DNA of 64,000 nucleotides from Escherichia coli (GTDB lineage Bacteria; Pseudomonadota; Gammaproteobacteria; Enterobacterales; Enterobacteriaceae): NCBI RefSeq assembly GCF_030013205.1, contig NZ_CP122648.1; one strand, 5' to 3'. Shown piece by piece: positions 54,478 to 64,000 of this stretch (position 1 is its first letter; each line of letters starts with the position of its first letter). The notes under the pieces were generated by a model. It saw only the letters and a program-made list of their open reading frames with translations, ran no database searches and was not told where the DNA came from. The position numbers and the translations under genes were made by a program.

Positions 54478-56676
54478 TACTTGCCTCCCAAAGCATTCTG
54501 TAAATCCTGAAGAACGTTTTCTGCTGCTGCTCGATCCCCTGGAGATGCTGTTGGATTCTTATCCAACCAATCCTGTAAAGCCCTTGTATAATCCTGTGCT
54601 TTCAATACATGTCCTCTACCACCAACTTTTTCACCTGTGGCCAATTCATAACGAACAGCATCTGCTGTGCTTCCACTTCCTACTTTTGCATTTGGCCGAT
54701 AAAGATCGTCTATAATATTTTTCAAATTTGAATCTGTAACGTCAGGTTTTCCCATCTTCTGTCGCAATTCATCTTTATACCGTTCATGCTGCATACGATC
54801 TCTTGCGCTATTCTCATCTTCTGGTCCCCATCCTCCCGGGCTTCCCGTACTGCCACCACCCAGGCAGTTCTTCTCTTCCTCCGTCAAATCCTTCCCGACA
54901 TTTGGATTCTCTTTTGATGAATCATCATTTCCAAACACGCTGGAAAAAGCACCATAGGGATCTCGCCAGAATTCCATTTGACTTTGTGCATTTAATAATT
55001 CGGCTTCACCCTGCATCTCCATACTTTTCTCAATCGCGTCCCCAACAGCCTCGCGATTGTTGTATATTATTATACCACCACCAATAACCACCGTACCGAC
55101 TGCCGCACCGACTAACATCCCCGGAGGGCCTCCTACCGAACCGATCTCTGTACCTACTTCAGAACCAGTTCCCATGGCAGTTAATGCTCCTGCGCCCAAC
55201 GCCGCACTTAATCCCAGCGGATCCAGCCGTTGCACCGGGTTCAGTGGATACGCATACAGGTTCCATCCCCCCTTCAGCCCAATCGGATCCTGGGTGATAT
55301 ACCTCCCCTGTAGCGGGTCATAGTACCGGTGACGGTTGTAGTACAGCCCCGACTCCTCATCATACTGCTGCCCCGGCAGACGGAGTGACTGTTGAAGGTG
55401 CTGCGTGCTTTCCTCTCCCAGCAGGTTTCCCCACTCGTCATACTCCCCGCGCCACGCCGTTTCCCCTTCCGGGCTGATAAGCGCCTGCGGCAGCCCACGG
55501 TGGTCACAGTGGTAAAGATGAAGTTTCCTCTCCGGGATGTATTCCGCCTCCAGTTGCGCCGCCATCTGTTCCGCCGTCAACCCACACTGTGCAAGCCACT
55601 GCTGGCTTTCTTCACTCACGCTGCCCTGCCGCAGTTCCCGCTCCAGCCTCCCCAGCATCACCGCCAGCTCCGCCGGTAGCGTCACACCCGTGTCCTCCTG
55701 CAACACCTCCGCCAGGCTACGGTGCCGCGCCTTCGCCTGTTCGCCATTCTCTGTTTCGATTCTCAGGAGCGGCGTGAAGCTCCCCGGCTGGTATACCGTC
55801 TGGATACGCGTGGTGTCGGTCTGTACCGTCGTCAGCCTGTCGCCGTCCCACCCGTACCAGGTCACCTCCGGTTTACGCGACAGCGACATCCACCCCGTCA
55901 GGTCACGCTCCCGCCGCCACACCCGTTTTCCCGTCCGGCGGCCCAGCGGGTCATAGAGGTAGCGGCTCTCCACCTGTGGCTCGCCGTGCTGTATCCGCGT
56001 GTAGAACACCAGGCGGTGCTGGCTGTCGTAATGGTAGTGGTGCGTCCGCTCGTCGTGCATCCGTATCACCCCTTCCGGGATACGGTCCGTCTTCTCCGCC
56101 AGCCTGCCGTATTCATCGTAGCGGTAGACATAGTGCGCATCTTCCGTGATGCGGTTATCCGGCCATGCCGTGAGGGTGCTGTCCGGGTGCAGTTCCGGGG
56201 CCGGCAGCCGGTTTCCTGCCGGGTCCGTCGCATACGGGATATCAATGTCCAGGTTCGCTGCCGTGGTGTGGACGCCCGTCAGCCTTCCCGTGTCGCTGTA
56301 ACGGTACTCCCGGCTCTCCTGCGGGCCGCTGATGCGAATTAGCTGTCCGTTGTCGTTCCAGTCGTAGTCACGGTCAAGCTGCGGAAGGTTCAGGTGCCTG
56401 CTCCGGAGCTGGCCGCTGGTATTCCAGGCGGTGGCAAGCTCATATGCCTCCCCGCCGAAGCTGCGGGCCGTCTCACGGTGCAGCCGGTCCCGCGTGTACT
56501 CGACCAGTGGCGTACCACCCAGCTTCATTCCCGCAAGATAACCGCTGCCATACGTCAGCCACTCCACCGGCGGCAGACCGTCCGGCTCCTGACGGGTCGC
56601 CAGCCCCTGTTCGCTGTACGCGTGCTTCGTCTCATGCTCCCACAGCATCTCCCCCGTCTCCGGGTTAACGTGGTTA
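54477..56676 (-). CDS. rhs: Rhs-family protein fragment: C-terminal part of the YD-repeat core plus polymorphic toxin domain (5'-truncated orphan)
   Basis: YD repeats ([18 protein letters not shown]) and the core-end motif [40 protein letters not shown], then an unrelated tail of about 230 aa; frame open only to about 56676. Confidence 0.8.
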
Positions 56677-57346
56677 ATTACTACTTACAATGACCTGCCG
56701 TTAATCCCAGACAGGCAGATGCAACTCACTTCACGGAACCGCATCATTTTTCAGTATTTTTTACATACAAACCGAGCTAGAATTTACGGTTGTCGTAAAA
56801 ACTATTTTTAAAATCATTAAATCTCTTATTCAGCAATAAGTTAATAATATATATCTGGATAACCATACCCAACTGTTCAAAGTCCGTATTGCCTCCATAA
56901 AATGGCCAAAGCTGAATCATGAATAAATATTGTATTTATCCTTTCTGAATTATCATTTTGATAATTTTTGAGATATTCCTTAAAAATACCCACTTAATCA
57001 ATCACAAAACAAATATATAAACAATCAATCATCAAATTAGCTTATGTTTAATGAAATTATTTTATAATTCAATAAGTTACATAAATGCTCTATATTTAAA
57101 TTATTGCCATAATACACCTGACGCGAATTGCACAGGTTCACACAATCTATTTAACGCTTGCAGAACACCCCTCTTTACGATCGATAAAAAGTCCTTTTCT
57201 TATTTATTTTGAAGCGTAGAATGCGGGGTGATGAAGGAGTGGTGATTTTATTTTCACCGCCATTATGGCGGCATTGCCGATATTTTTTTGCGGTACAAAT
57301 ATGCCGTGTTCATGGCCTGTACGAGATAACATGACGGATCACTTTT

Positions 57347-57847
57347 ATGAGCAAAAAATTTGAAGGCAGCGTCGCGCCTCGCGAGCGTATTAATATATCG
57401 TATGTCCCAAAAACAGATGGCCAGACGGCTGAAGTTGAACTTCCGCTTAACATGCTCGTTGTCGGCGATACCGGAAATACGCAGGAAACATCCCCACTGG
57501 ATGAACGTCAGGCAGTTTCCGTTAACAAGCACAATTTCGGTGCAGTGATGGCTGAAGCAGCCATTGGCCTCAATTTTACTGTCCCCGCCACGCTGAAGGG
57601 AAGCACAACAGACGATGAACTGAATGTGGCGCTGAATATCAAATCACTGGATGATTTTTCACCAGATAGCGTGGCCCGGCAGGTTCCGGAAGTGAATAAA
57701 TTGCTGGAACTGCGTGAAGCACTGACTGCGCTGAAGGGGCCGATGGGCAACCTTCCGGCATTCCGTACCCAGCTCCAGGCATTGCTGGAAAATGAAGAGT
57801 CCCGCAAGCAGTTGCTCAAAGAAATCGGCCGGGTGAGCAATAAATAA
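57347..57847 (+). CDS. tssB: Type VI secretion sheath small subunit TssB
   Basis: 166 aa; VipA-like sequence. Confidence 0.88.
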   Translation: MSKKFEGSVAPRERINISYVPKTDGQTAEVELPLNMLVVGDTGNTQETSPLDERQAVSVNKHNFGAVMAEAAIGLNFTVPATLKGSTTDDELNVALNIKSLDDFSPDSVARQVPEVNKLLELREALTALKGPMGNLPAFRTQLQALLENEESRKQLLKEIGRVSNK

Positions 57848-57881
57848 CCACCGCTATTTCATTAAACAGGGTTATCCAGGC

Positions 57882-58106
57882 ATGACGGCACACAAAAATA
57901 TCTCCGGGACATACCACCTCTCTGTTGCAGACATTCTGCAGGTGGTTTACCAGGTATGTTTCAGCCCGTCCGTTGAAATCAACCAGGATGGTGTGGCTGC
58001 GCTGATTACAACACTGGATCGCCGTATCAGTGATCTATTGGATGAGATTATCCATTTTTGTGAGTTTCAGCAGAGCGCGTCGCACTGGCAGCGCGTACTT
58101 CACTGA
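57882..58106 (+). pseudogene. Diverged fragment resembling the TssC N-terminal region
   Basis: ...LDRRISDLLDEIIHFCEFQQSASHWQRVL aligns at about 45% identity with residues about 70-100 of the adjacent TssC (IDERISRQMDVIIHAPAFQQVESFWRSL). Confidence 0.5.
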
Positions 58107-58156
58107 TGGCGAAAAGCCGGTTTCAGAAACACAGCTAAAACAGAAGGATTTTCAGT

Positions 58157-59632
58157 ATGTCTTTACAGGAAGAGGAACTCGTTTCCAGTCATGCCGAGCA
58201 GCCTGAGCAGGCATCGTCGCTGCTTGATCAAATCATGGCACAGACCCGTATTCAGCCCGGTTCGGAAGGTTATGACGTTGCCCGCCAGGGTGTGACAGCC
58301 TTTATTGCCAGCATCCTGCAATCCACTGCATCTGCCGAACCGGTCAATAAACTGGCCGTGGACAGCATGATTGCAGATATTGATGAACGCATCAGCCGCC
58401 AGATGGATGTCATCATCCATGCGCCTGCCTTTCAGCAGGTCGAGTCGTTCTGGCGCTCACTGAAAACCATGGTGGATCGCGTTGATTTCCGTGAAAACAT
58501 CAAGGTCAACGTGCTTCATGTCACCAGGCAGGAACTTCTGGAAGACTTTGAGTTTGCGCCAGAAATTATTCAGTCCGGATTTTATAAGCACGTTTATTCG
58601 TCCGGTTTCGGACAGTTTGGCGGTGAACCCATCGCTGCCGTGCTGGGCGCTTATGAGTTCAAAAATACCGCGCCTGACATGAAACTGCTGCAATACGTCA
58701 GTGCCGTGGGCGCAATGGCGCACGCACCGTTCCTGTCCTCCGTTTCCCCGGAGTTTATGGGGCTGAACTCGTGGACCGAACTGCCTAATATCAAAGATCT
58801 TTATGCCATCTTTGAAGGTCCGGCCTACACCAAATGGCGCGCCCTGCGTGACTCGGAAGATTCGCGCTATTTAGGGCTTACGGCACCCCGCTTCCTGCTT
58901 CGCCAGCCCTATTCACCAACAGATAACCCTGTTAAGAACTTTAACTATCACGAAGATGTCAGCCGGAACCACGAAGATTATCTGTGGGGTAATACGGCCT
59001 GGATGCTGGCGTGCAATGTCGCAGACAGTTTTGCCAAATACCGCTGGTGTCCAAACATTATCGGTCCGCAAAGCGGCGGCGCAGTGAAAGATCTGCCGGT
59101 GCATCTGTTCGAAACGATGGGGCAGATTCAGGCCAAAATCCCAACCGAGGTGCTGGTCACCGATCGCCGCGAATTTGAACTGGCTGAAGAGGGTTTTATC
59201 ACCCTTACCATGCGTAAAGACTCTGATAATGCAGCCTTTTTCTCTGCAAACTCGGTACAAAAACCGAAGCACTTTCCGGGAAAAGACGCAGAAACCAACT
59301 ATAAGCTGGGTACGCAGCTTCCTTATCTCTTCATCATCAATCGGTTAGCGCACTACATCAAGGTGTTGCAGCGTGAACAACTGGGGTCATGGAAAGAAAG
59401 GAGCGACTTAGAAAGAGAGCTTAATACCTGGATCCGTCAGTATGTTGCCGACCAGGAAAACCCGCCTGCGGACGTGCGCAGCCGTAAACCTCTGCGCGCT
59501 GCCAAAGTTGAGGTTATGGATGTGGAAGGCGAACCCGGCTGGTACCAGGTCGCGCTGAGCGTGCGGCCCCATTTTAAATTTATGGGGGCAAACTTTGAGC
59601 TTTCCCTGGTTGGCCGGTTAGACAGGGAGTAA
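58157..59632 (+). CDS. tssC: Type VI secretion sheath large subunit TssC
   Basis: 491 aa; strongly VipB-like throughout. Confidence 0.93.
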   Translation: MSLQEEELVSSHAEQPEQASSLLDQIMAQTRIQPGSEGYDVARQGVTAFIASILQSTASAEPVNKLAVDSMIADIDERISRQMDVIIHAPAFQQVESFWRSLKTMVDRVDFRENIKVNVLHVTRQELLEDFEFAPEIIQSGFYKHVYSSGFGQFGGEPIAAVLGAYEFKNTAPDMKLLQYVSAVGAMAHAPFLSSVSPEFMGLNSWTELPNIKDLYAIFEGPAYTKWRALRDSEDSRYLGLTAPRFLLRQPYSPTDNPVKNFNYHEDVSRNHEDYLWGNTAWMLACNVADSFAKYRWCPNIIGPQSGGAVKDLPVHLFETMGQIQAKIPTEVLVTDRREFELAEEGFITLTMRKDSDNAAFFSANSVQKPKHFPGKDAETNYKLGTQLPYLFIINRLAHYIKVLQREQLGSWKERSDLERELNTWIRQYVADQENPPADVRSRKPLRAAKVEVMDVEGEPGWYQVALSVRPHFKFMGANFELSLVGRLDRE

Positions 59633-59638
59633 CACGCC

Positions 59639-60052
59639 ATGATACCGGATCGGGAAAGAACCACAGGTTCTCTTTTTGAGCGTATGGAAGCCTCACCGGC
59701 CAGAAACCGGCAGGGAAGCAGTATTCATGCGCTCAGGCAGTCCATTCGCCAGAACCTGCGAAACATTCTTAATACCCGGTCCGGTAGTTGCCGGGGTGCG
59801 CCTGAACTGGGCATTGATGAACCGGAAGGGGCTGAAAACTTCCGCGAATCAATGAGCCGGGCCATCGCGCAATGTATAGAACGCTATGAACCCCGGCTCT
59901 CACACGCTGAAGTGCAGGCTGTGGTTTCATCCGCCGCCAGCCCGCTGGATATGACGTTTCATATTACAGCCTGGGTGACATTTAACGAAACGCATGAAGT
60001 GCTTGAATTTGATATGGCACCGAATGGCAGCCAGCATTACCGGGTGGACTGA
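59639..60052 (+). CDS. tssE: Type VI secretion baseplate protein TssE (gp25-like)
   Basis: 137 aa; position after tssC; gp25-like size. Confidence 0.82.
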   Translation: MIPDRERTTGSLFERMEASPARNRQGSSIHALRQSIRQNLRNILNTRSGSCRGAPELGIDEPEGAENFRESMSRAIAQCIERYEPRLSHAEVQAVVSSAASPLDMTFHITAWVTFNETHEVLEFDMAPNGSQHYRVD

Positions 60053-60055
60053 CAG

Positions 60056-61906
60056 ATGGAATTTGAAGAACGCTATTTCCGGGAAGAACTCGATTACCTG
60101 CGCCAGCTCAGCAAGCTGCTGGCAACGGAAAAACCCCATCTGGCCCGCTTCCTGGCCGAAAAAGATGCGGATCCGGATATTGAACGCCTGCTGGAAGGCG
60201 TGGCTTTTCTTACCGGCAATCTTCGCCAGAAAATTGAGGATGAATTCCCAGAACTGACGCACGGGCTTATTAAGATGCTGTGGCCTAATTACCTGCGTCC
60301 GGTTCCGGCAATGACCCTTATTGAATATACGCCGGATATGGATAAGTCTTCTGTGCCGGTGTTAATCCCCCGTAATGAGCAGTTTACAACCAACGCCGGG
60401 GAAATTAGAGTCGATGAAGTGCTGCCCTCCGATGCTAAAAAGGAGGAGCCGCCTCCCTGTACCTTCACCCTCTGCCGGGATATCTGGCTGCTGCCCGTTC
60501 GCCAGGAGCAGATTGAAAACCGCAGTACGCCCCGTAATGGTGTTATCAACATCACCTTTTCGGTCGCACCGGGAACGGACTTCCGCACGCTGGATCTGAA
60601 CAAACTTCGCTTCTGGCTCGGCAATGACGACAACTATACCCGTGACCAGCTTTATTTATGGTTCTGTGAATACTTGCAGGGTGCCGACCTGACTGTGGGT
60701 GAACAGCATATTCGCCTGCCTGAGTTTATGCTGAAAGCTGTCGGTTTTGAGCCGCAGGATGCCATGCTGCCCTGGCCGAAAAACGTCCACAGCGGCTACC
60801 GGATCCTTCAGGAGTATTTCTGTTACCCCGATGCGTTTCTCTTTTTTGATCTTTGTGGTTGTCCGGCTTTGCCTGACGGATTGCAGGCGGAATTCTTTAC
60901 CCTGCAACTGCGTTTTTCGCGCCCTTTGCCCGTGGACATCCGGCTGCGCCGCGATTCCCTGCGCCTGTATTGCGCACCTGCCATTAATTTATTTATCCAC
61001 CATGCAGAAGCCATCACGCTGGACAACCGGCGGGCAGACTATCCGCTGGTTCCCAGCCGCCATTACCCACAACATTACGATGTATTTTCCGTTAACAGTG
61101 TGGTGAGCCAGGTCCAGGATATGTTCAGGAAAAAAGATCTGGGGCGTCCTGTTTCGACGCAGGCCGCGCGCCAGTGGCCAGCCTTTGAAAGTTTCAGCCA
61201 TCAGATGGAATACAGCCGGAAGCGGGAAGTGGTGTACTGGCATCACCGGACCAAAACATCCCTGTTCCATCGCGGCTTTGATCATACTCTTGCCTTTATA
61301 CATGCTGATGGCAGTTATCCGTCAGATGAATCTCTGCTCAGTAATGAAGTGGTTTCGGTATCGCTGACCTGTACCAACCGTGAGCTTCCGTCACAAATTC
61401 GTTCCGGCGATATCACCGGCACAACCGGTAAAAATGCGGCTGTTGCTTCATTTCGCAACATTACCCGCCCGACGCAACCACTCTGGCCGGTCATTGATGG
61501 CAGCCTGCACTGGTCCCTACTCTCCGCCATGAACCTGAATTATCTGTCATTACTGGATACGGATGCGCTGAAGCAGGTCATCGCCAACTTTGATCGCCAC
61601 GCAATCCATCATCCGCAGACGGCACGGCTGTCACAACAAAAGCTGGATGCCATTGAGCGTCTGGAGACCCGCCCCGTTGATCGCCTGTTTACGGGTATTC
61701 CCGTCCGGGGGCTGGCCTCCACGCTGTATCTGCACCCGGAGCCGTTTGTCTGTGAAGGGGAAATGTATCTGCTCGGTACGGTGCTTTCGCATTTTCTGTC
61801 GCTGTACGCCAGCGTTAACTCATTCCACATGCTGACCGTTGTGAACACAGAAAGCCAGGAGACATGGAAATGGACGGAAAGAATCGGGCAGCATCCTCTT
61901 ATCTGA
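60056..61906 (+). CDS. tssF: Type VI secretion baseplate protein TssF
   Basis: 616 aa; position and size. Confidence 0.85.
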   Translation: MEFEERYFREELDYLRQLSKLLATEKPHLARFLAEKDADPDIERLLEGVAFLTGNLRQKIEDEFPELTHGLIKMLWPNYLRPVPAMTLIEYTPDMDKSSVPVLIPRNEQFTTNAGEIRVDEVLPSDAKKEEPPPCTFTLCRDIWLLPVRQEQIENRSTPRNGVINITFSVAPGTDFRTLDLNKLRFWLGNDDNYTRDQLYLWFCEYLQGADLTVGEQHIRLPEFMLKAVGFEPQDAMLPWPKNVHSGYRILQEYFCYPDAFLFFDLCGCPALPDGLQAEFFTLQLRFSRPLPVDIRLRRDSLRLYCAPAINLFIHHAEAITLDNRRADYPLVPSRHYPQHYDVFSVNSVVSQVQDMFRKKDLGRPVSTQAARQWPAFESFSHQMEYSRKREVVYWHHRTKTSLFHRGFDHTLAFIHADGSYPSDESLLSNEVVSVSLTCTNRELPSQIRSGDITGTTGKNAAVASFRNITRPTQPLWPVIDGSLHWSLLSAMNLNYLSLLDTDALKQVIANFDRHAIHHPQTARLSQQKLDAIERLETRPVDRLFTGIPVRGLASTLYLHPEPFVCEGEMYLLGTVLSHFLSLYASVNSFHMLTVVNTESQETWKWTERIGQHPLI

Positions 61907-62952
61907 GTCCGGGAAATCCCCCGGCAGATAAAGAGCAGAATGATCCGCTGGCACAGGTTTTCCATAATGCCTGCTCTTACAATTTTTTTGCGATGGCGGA
62001 GCTGTTGCACCGCCTGGCAAAGGGTGAAAAGGGGACGCCAGAATTATCCCTGCGTGACGATCCGGCACAGGAAACCCTGCGTTTCAGCGCCGATGCCAGC
62101 CTTGCGTTTCCCCTGAGTGATATCAGTGCGCTGAAACGGGATACGTCAGGGGCATTCAGGATGACCACTACCTTTATGGGGTTACAGGGGAGCCAGTCGC
62201 CTCTCCCCGGTTATTACCTCGATCACCTGGCCTGGAAAGCGGTACATGAACAAAGTCCGGTAGGTGATTTTCTGGATATGTTCAGCCACCGCCTGACCCA
62301 GTTTGTCTGGCATATCTGGCGTAAGTACCGCTATCACATCAGTTTTCGTAACGGCGGTGTGGATGCGTTCTCGCAGCGCATGTACTCCCTTGTTGGGCTG
62401 GGCCACCGCCAGCTTCGCGATAAGCTGGCGATTAATCACAGCAAAATGCTGGCGTATTCCGGGATCCTGGCAAATCCGGGACGATCCCCGGAAATAATCT
62501 GCGGTCTGGTGTCCCACTGTTTTGATTTGTCAGACGTGACGCTGCAAAACTGGCAACGTCGCAAGGTGGATATTGAACCGGATCAGCAAAATAGCCTGGG
62601 GAGTTATTCACTTAAAAATGGCGAAAAACTGGCAGGAAGATCGGTACTGGGCAACTTTGTTCTGGGTACACGGGTGCCCGATCTCAGCGGAAAATTCCAG
62701 CTCAGTATTACCAGCCTGACCCGAAAACAGTTCCTCTCTTTTCTGCCGTCCGGCGAAAACTTCCTGCCACTGACGATGTTTGTGTCCTTCATCCTGCGCG
62801 ATCAGCTTGCCTGGGACTTACATCTGGGGCTGGCGCCGGAGCAGGTGGGCGCAATGCGCCTGGGCGATAACAAAAGTGCGCTGCTGGGCTGGACCAGCTT
62901 CCTCGGCACACCGGAAGAACGACCTTCAGTCACCATCAGGGTACGGTCGTAA
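61864..62952 (+). CDS. tssG: Type VI secretion baseplate protein TssG
   Basis: 362 aa; overlaps the tssF 3' end; position and size. Confidence 0.8.
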   Translation: MEMDGKNRAASSYLSPGNPPADKEQNDPLAQVFHNACSYNFFAMAELLHRLAKGEKGTPELSLRDDPAQETLRFSADASLAFPLSDISALKRDTSGAFRMTTTFMGLQGSQSPLPGYYLDHLAWKAVHEQSPVGDFLDMFSHRLTQFVWHIWRKYRYHISFRNGGVDAFSQRMYSLVGLGHRQLRDKLAINHSKMLAYSGILANPGRSPEIICGLVSHCFDLSDVTLQNWQRRKVDIEPDQQNSLGSYSLKNGEKLAGRSVLGNFVLGTRVPDLSGKFQLSITSLTRKQFLSFLPSGENFLPLTMFVSFILRDQLAWDLHLGLAPEQVGAMRLGDNKSALLGWTSFLGTPEERPSVTIRVRS

Positions 62953-62955
62953 ATT

Positions 62956-64000
62956 ATGATAATCACGGAGCAGAATATGCCGGAAGAGAAACTACAGACG
63001 CTTTCATTGCAGGTCATTAACGGCAGTGAGCTGGAAAGCGGGCGGGCGGCGCGCTGTCTGTTCACACAGCTGGGAAATGTCGGCCATGGCCCCGAATGCC
63101 ACTGGTCGGTACAGGATCGTCAGCAGAGCATTCCGGCTCAGGCTTTTACCGTTATCCTGCACGATGGCACATTTTGTCTGCGCCCGCAGACGGCACAACT
63201 GTGGCTGAACCAGGCAAAAGTCACAGCAACATCAGACCTTATACAGCTGCGCCAGGGCGATTAGATCCAGATAGGGCGTCTGATGGTGAGGGTTCATCTG
63301 AACCGGGGAGATATCCCCCATTACGATGAGGAAATGGCCACTCCCGAAACCATCGTCACCAATCGCGATATGCTCACGGATACCCTGCTGTCAACGGAGG
63401 GTGCGCCACACTATCCGGGAATGACTCACCGGCATCAGCTTGCAGACACCGTGGTAAACGGTTTTTCTGCCGATCCACTCCAGGCTCTTCAGTCCGAAAG
63501 CCTGATTACCACGGGCGATCCGCTTTCAGGCATTGCGGCTGTCCGGCCATCGGCACCGCTGTCCGATCCGGCAAGTAATGGGGGGATCAATACGCCGTTT
63601 ATGGATCTGCCGCCCATTTATGCCAGCCCCGGCGATCGTAATGATGACGTCTCTGTGGCAGAAATGGCGCAACGCCACCTTGCGGTCACCCCCTTACTGC
63701 GCGGTCTCGGCGGTTCGCTTACCGTGAGCAATTCCGACGATGCGGATGATTTTCTGGAAGAGGCCGGACGAACGTTACAGGCCGCAATAAAAGGTCTGCT
63801 CGATTTGCAGCAACAGCGTAACAGCCTCTCAGACAAACATTTGCGCCCGCTGGAAGATAACCCGCTGCGCCTGAACATGGATTACGCCACCGCGCTCGAC
63901 GTGATGTTTGCCGAAGGTAAAAGTCCGGTACATCTGGCGGCTCCCGCCGCTGTCAGTGAAAGCCTGCGCAATGTCCGCCACCACGAAGAAGCTAACCGGG
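62956..64000 (+). pseudogene. tagH: T6SS FHA-domain protein TagH, in-frame amber at 63262..63264; runs past window end
   Basis: N-terminal FHA-like domain ends ...LIQLRQGD then TAG; the same frame stays open for the remaining 245 codons (IQIGRLMVRVHL...), matching the GD-x-I-x-IG end of FHA domains. Confidence 0.65.

Noticed and set aside
55392..56693. Plus-strand ORFs (up to 206 aa, Pro/Arg-rich) across the Rhs region
   Set aside because: Antisense of the GC-rich YD-repeat coding sequence; Pro/Arg/Ala-rich low-complexity translations typical of shadow frames.

Overview
This 64-kb window reads as an Escherichia coli-type chromosome segment, in reverse orientation relative to the K-12 map. 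All calls rest on reading the supplied ORF translations and the raw sequence by eye and from memory; no database search was run. Backbone genes, in order: ykgR, ykgM-ykgO (Zur box upstream), the ecpRABCDE common-pilus operon, ykgJ, yagU, paoABCD, an MFS/hydrolase/LysR trio, tRNA-Thr thrW, proBA, phoE, crl, frsA, gpt, pepD, an rtcB-prfH operon, yafNOP, dinB (LexA box), Flag-2 remnants lafU/lfhA, yafL, yafK, yafJ, gmhA, fadE, ivy and yafV. Accessory content sits in two places. (1) At the thrW hot spot (about 19.6-28.9 kb) there is a roughly 9-kb defence island: AbiEi/AbiEii, a complete type I restriction-modification operon hsdRMS, an acidic hypothetical protein preceded by repeated motifs, and a tyrosine-integrase 3' remnant abutting thrW. 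(2) After yafV there is an ISAs1/H-repeat transposase pseudogene, an orphan Rhs C-terminal toxin with a putative immunity gene, and the start of a type VI secretion cluster (tssB, tssC, tssE, tssF, tssG, tagH) that runs off the window. The most unusual observations are three in-frame premature stop codons in otherwise intact genes (ecpA, tagH, ISAs1 transposase), a degenerate second copy of the ykgR/ykgO-3' segment at the island boundary, a 35-codon MocA-like remnant after paoD, and a diverged TssC N-terminal fragment between tssB and tssC. I found no CRISPR array and no rRNA. The best candidate for something undescribed is the acidic hypothetical protein and its repeat-bearing leader in the thrW island; the other island genes belong to known families.
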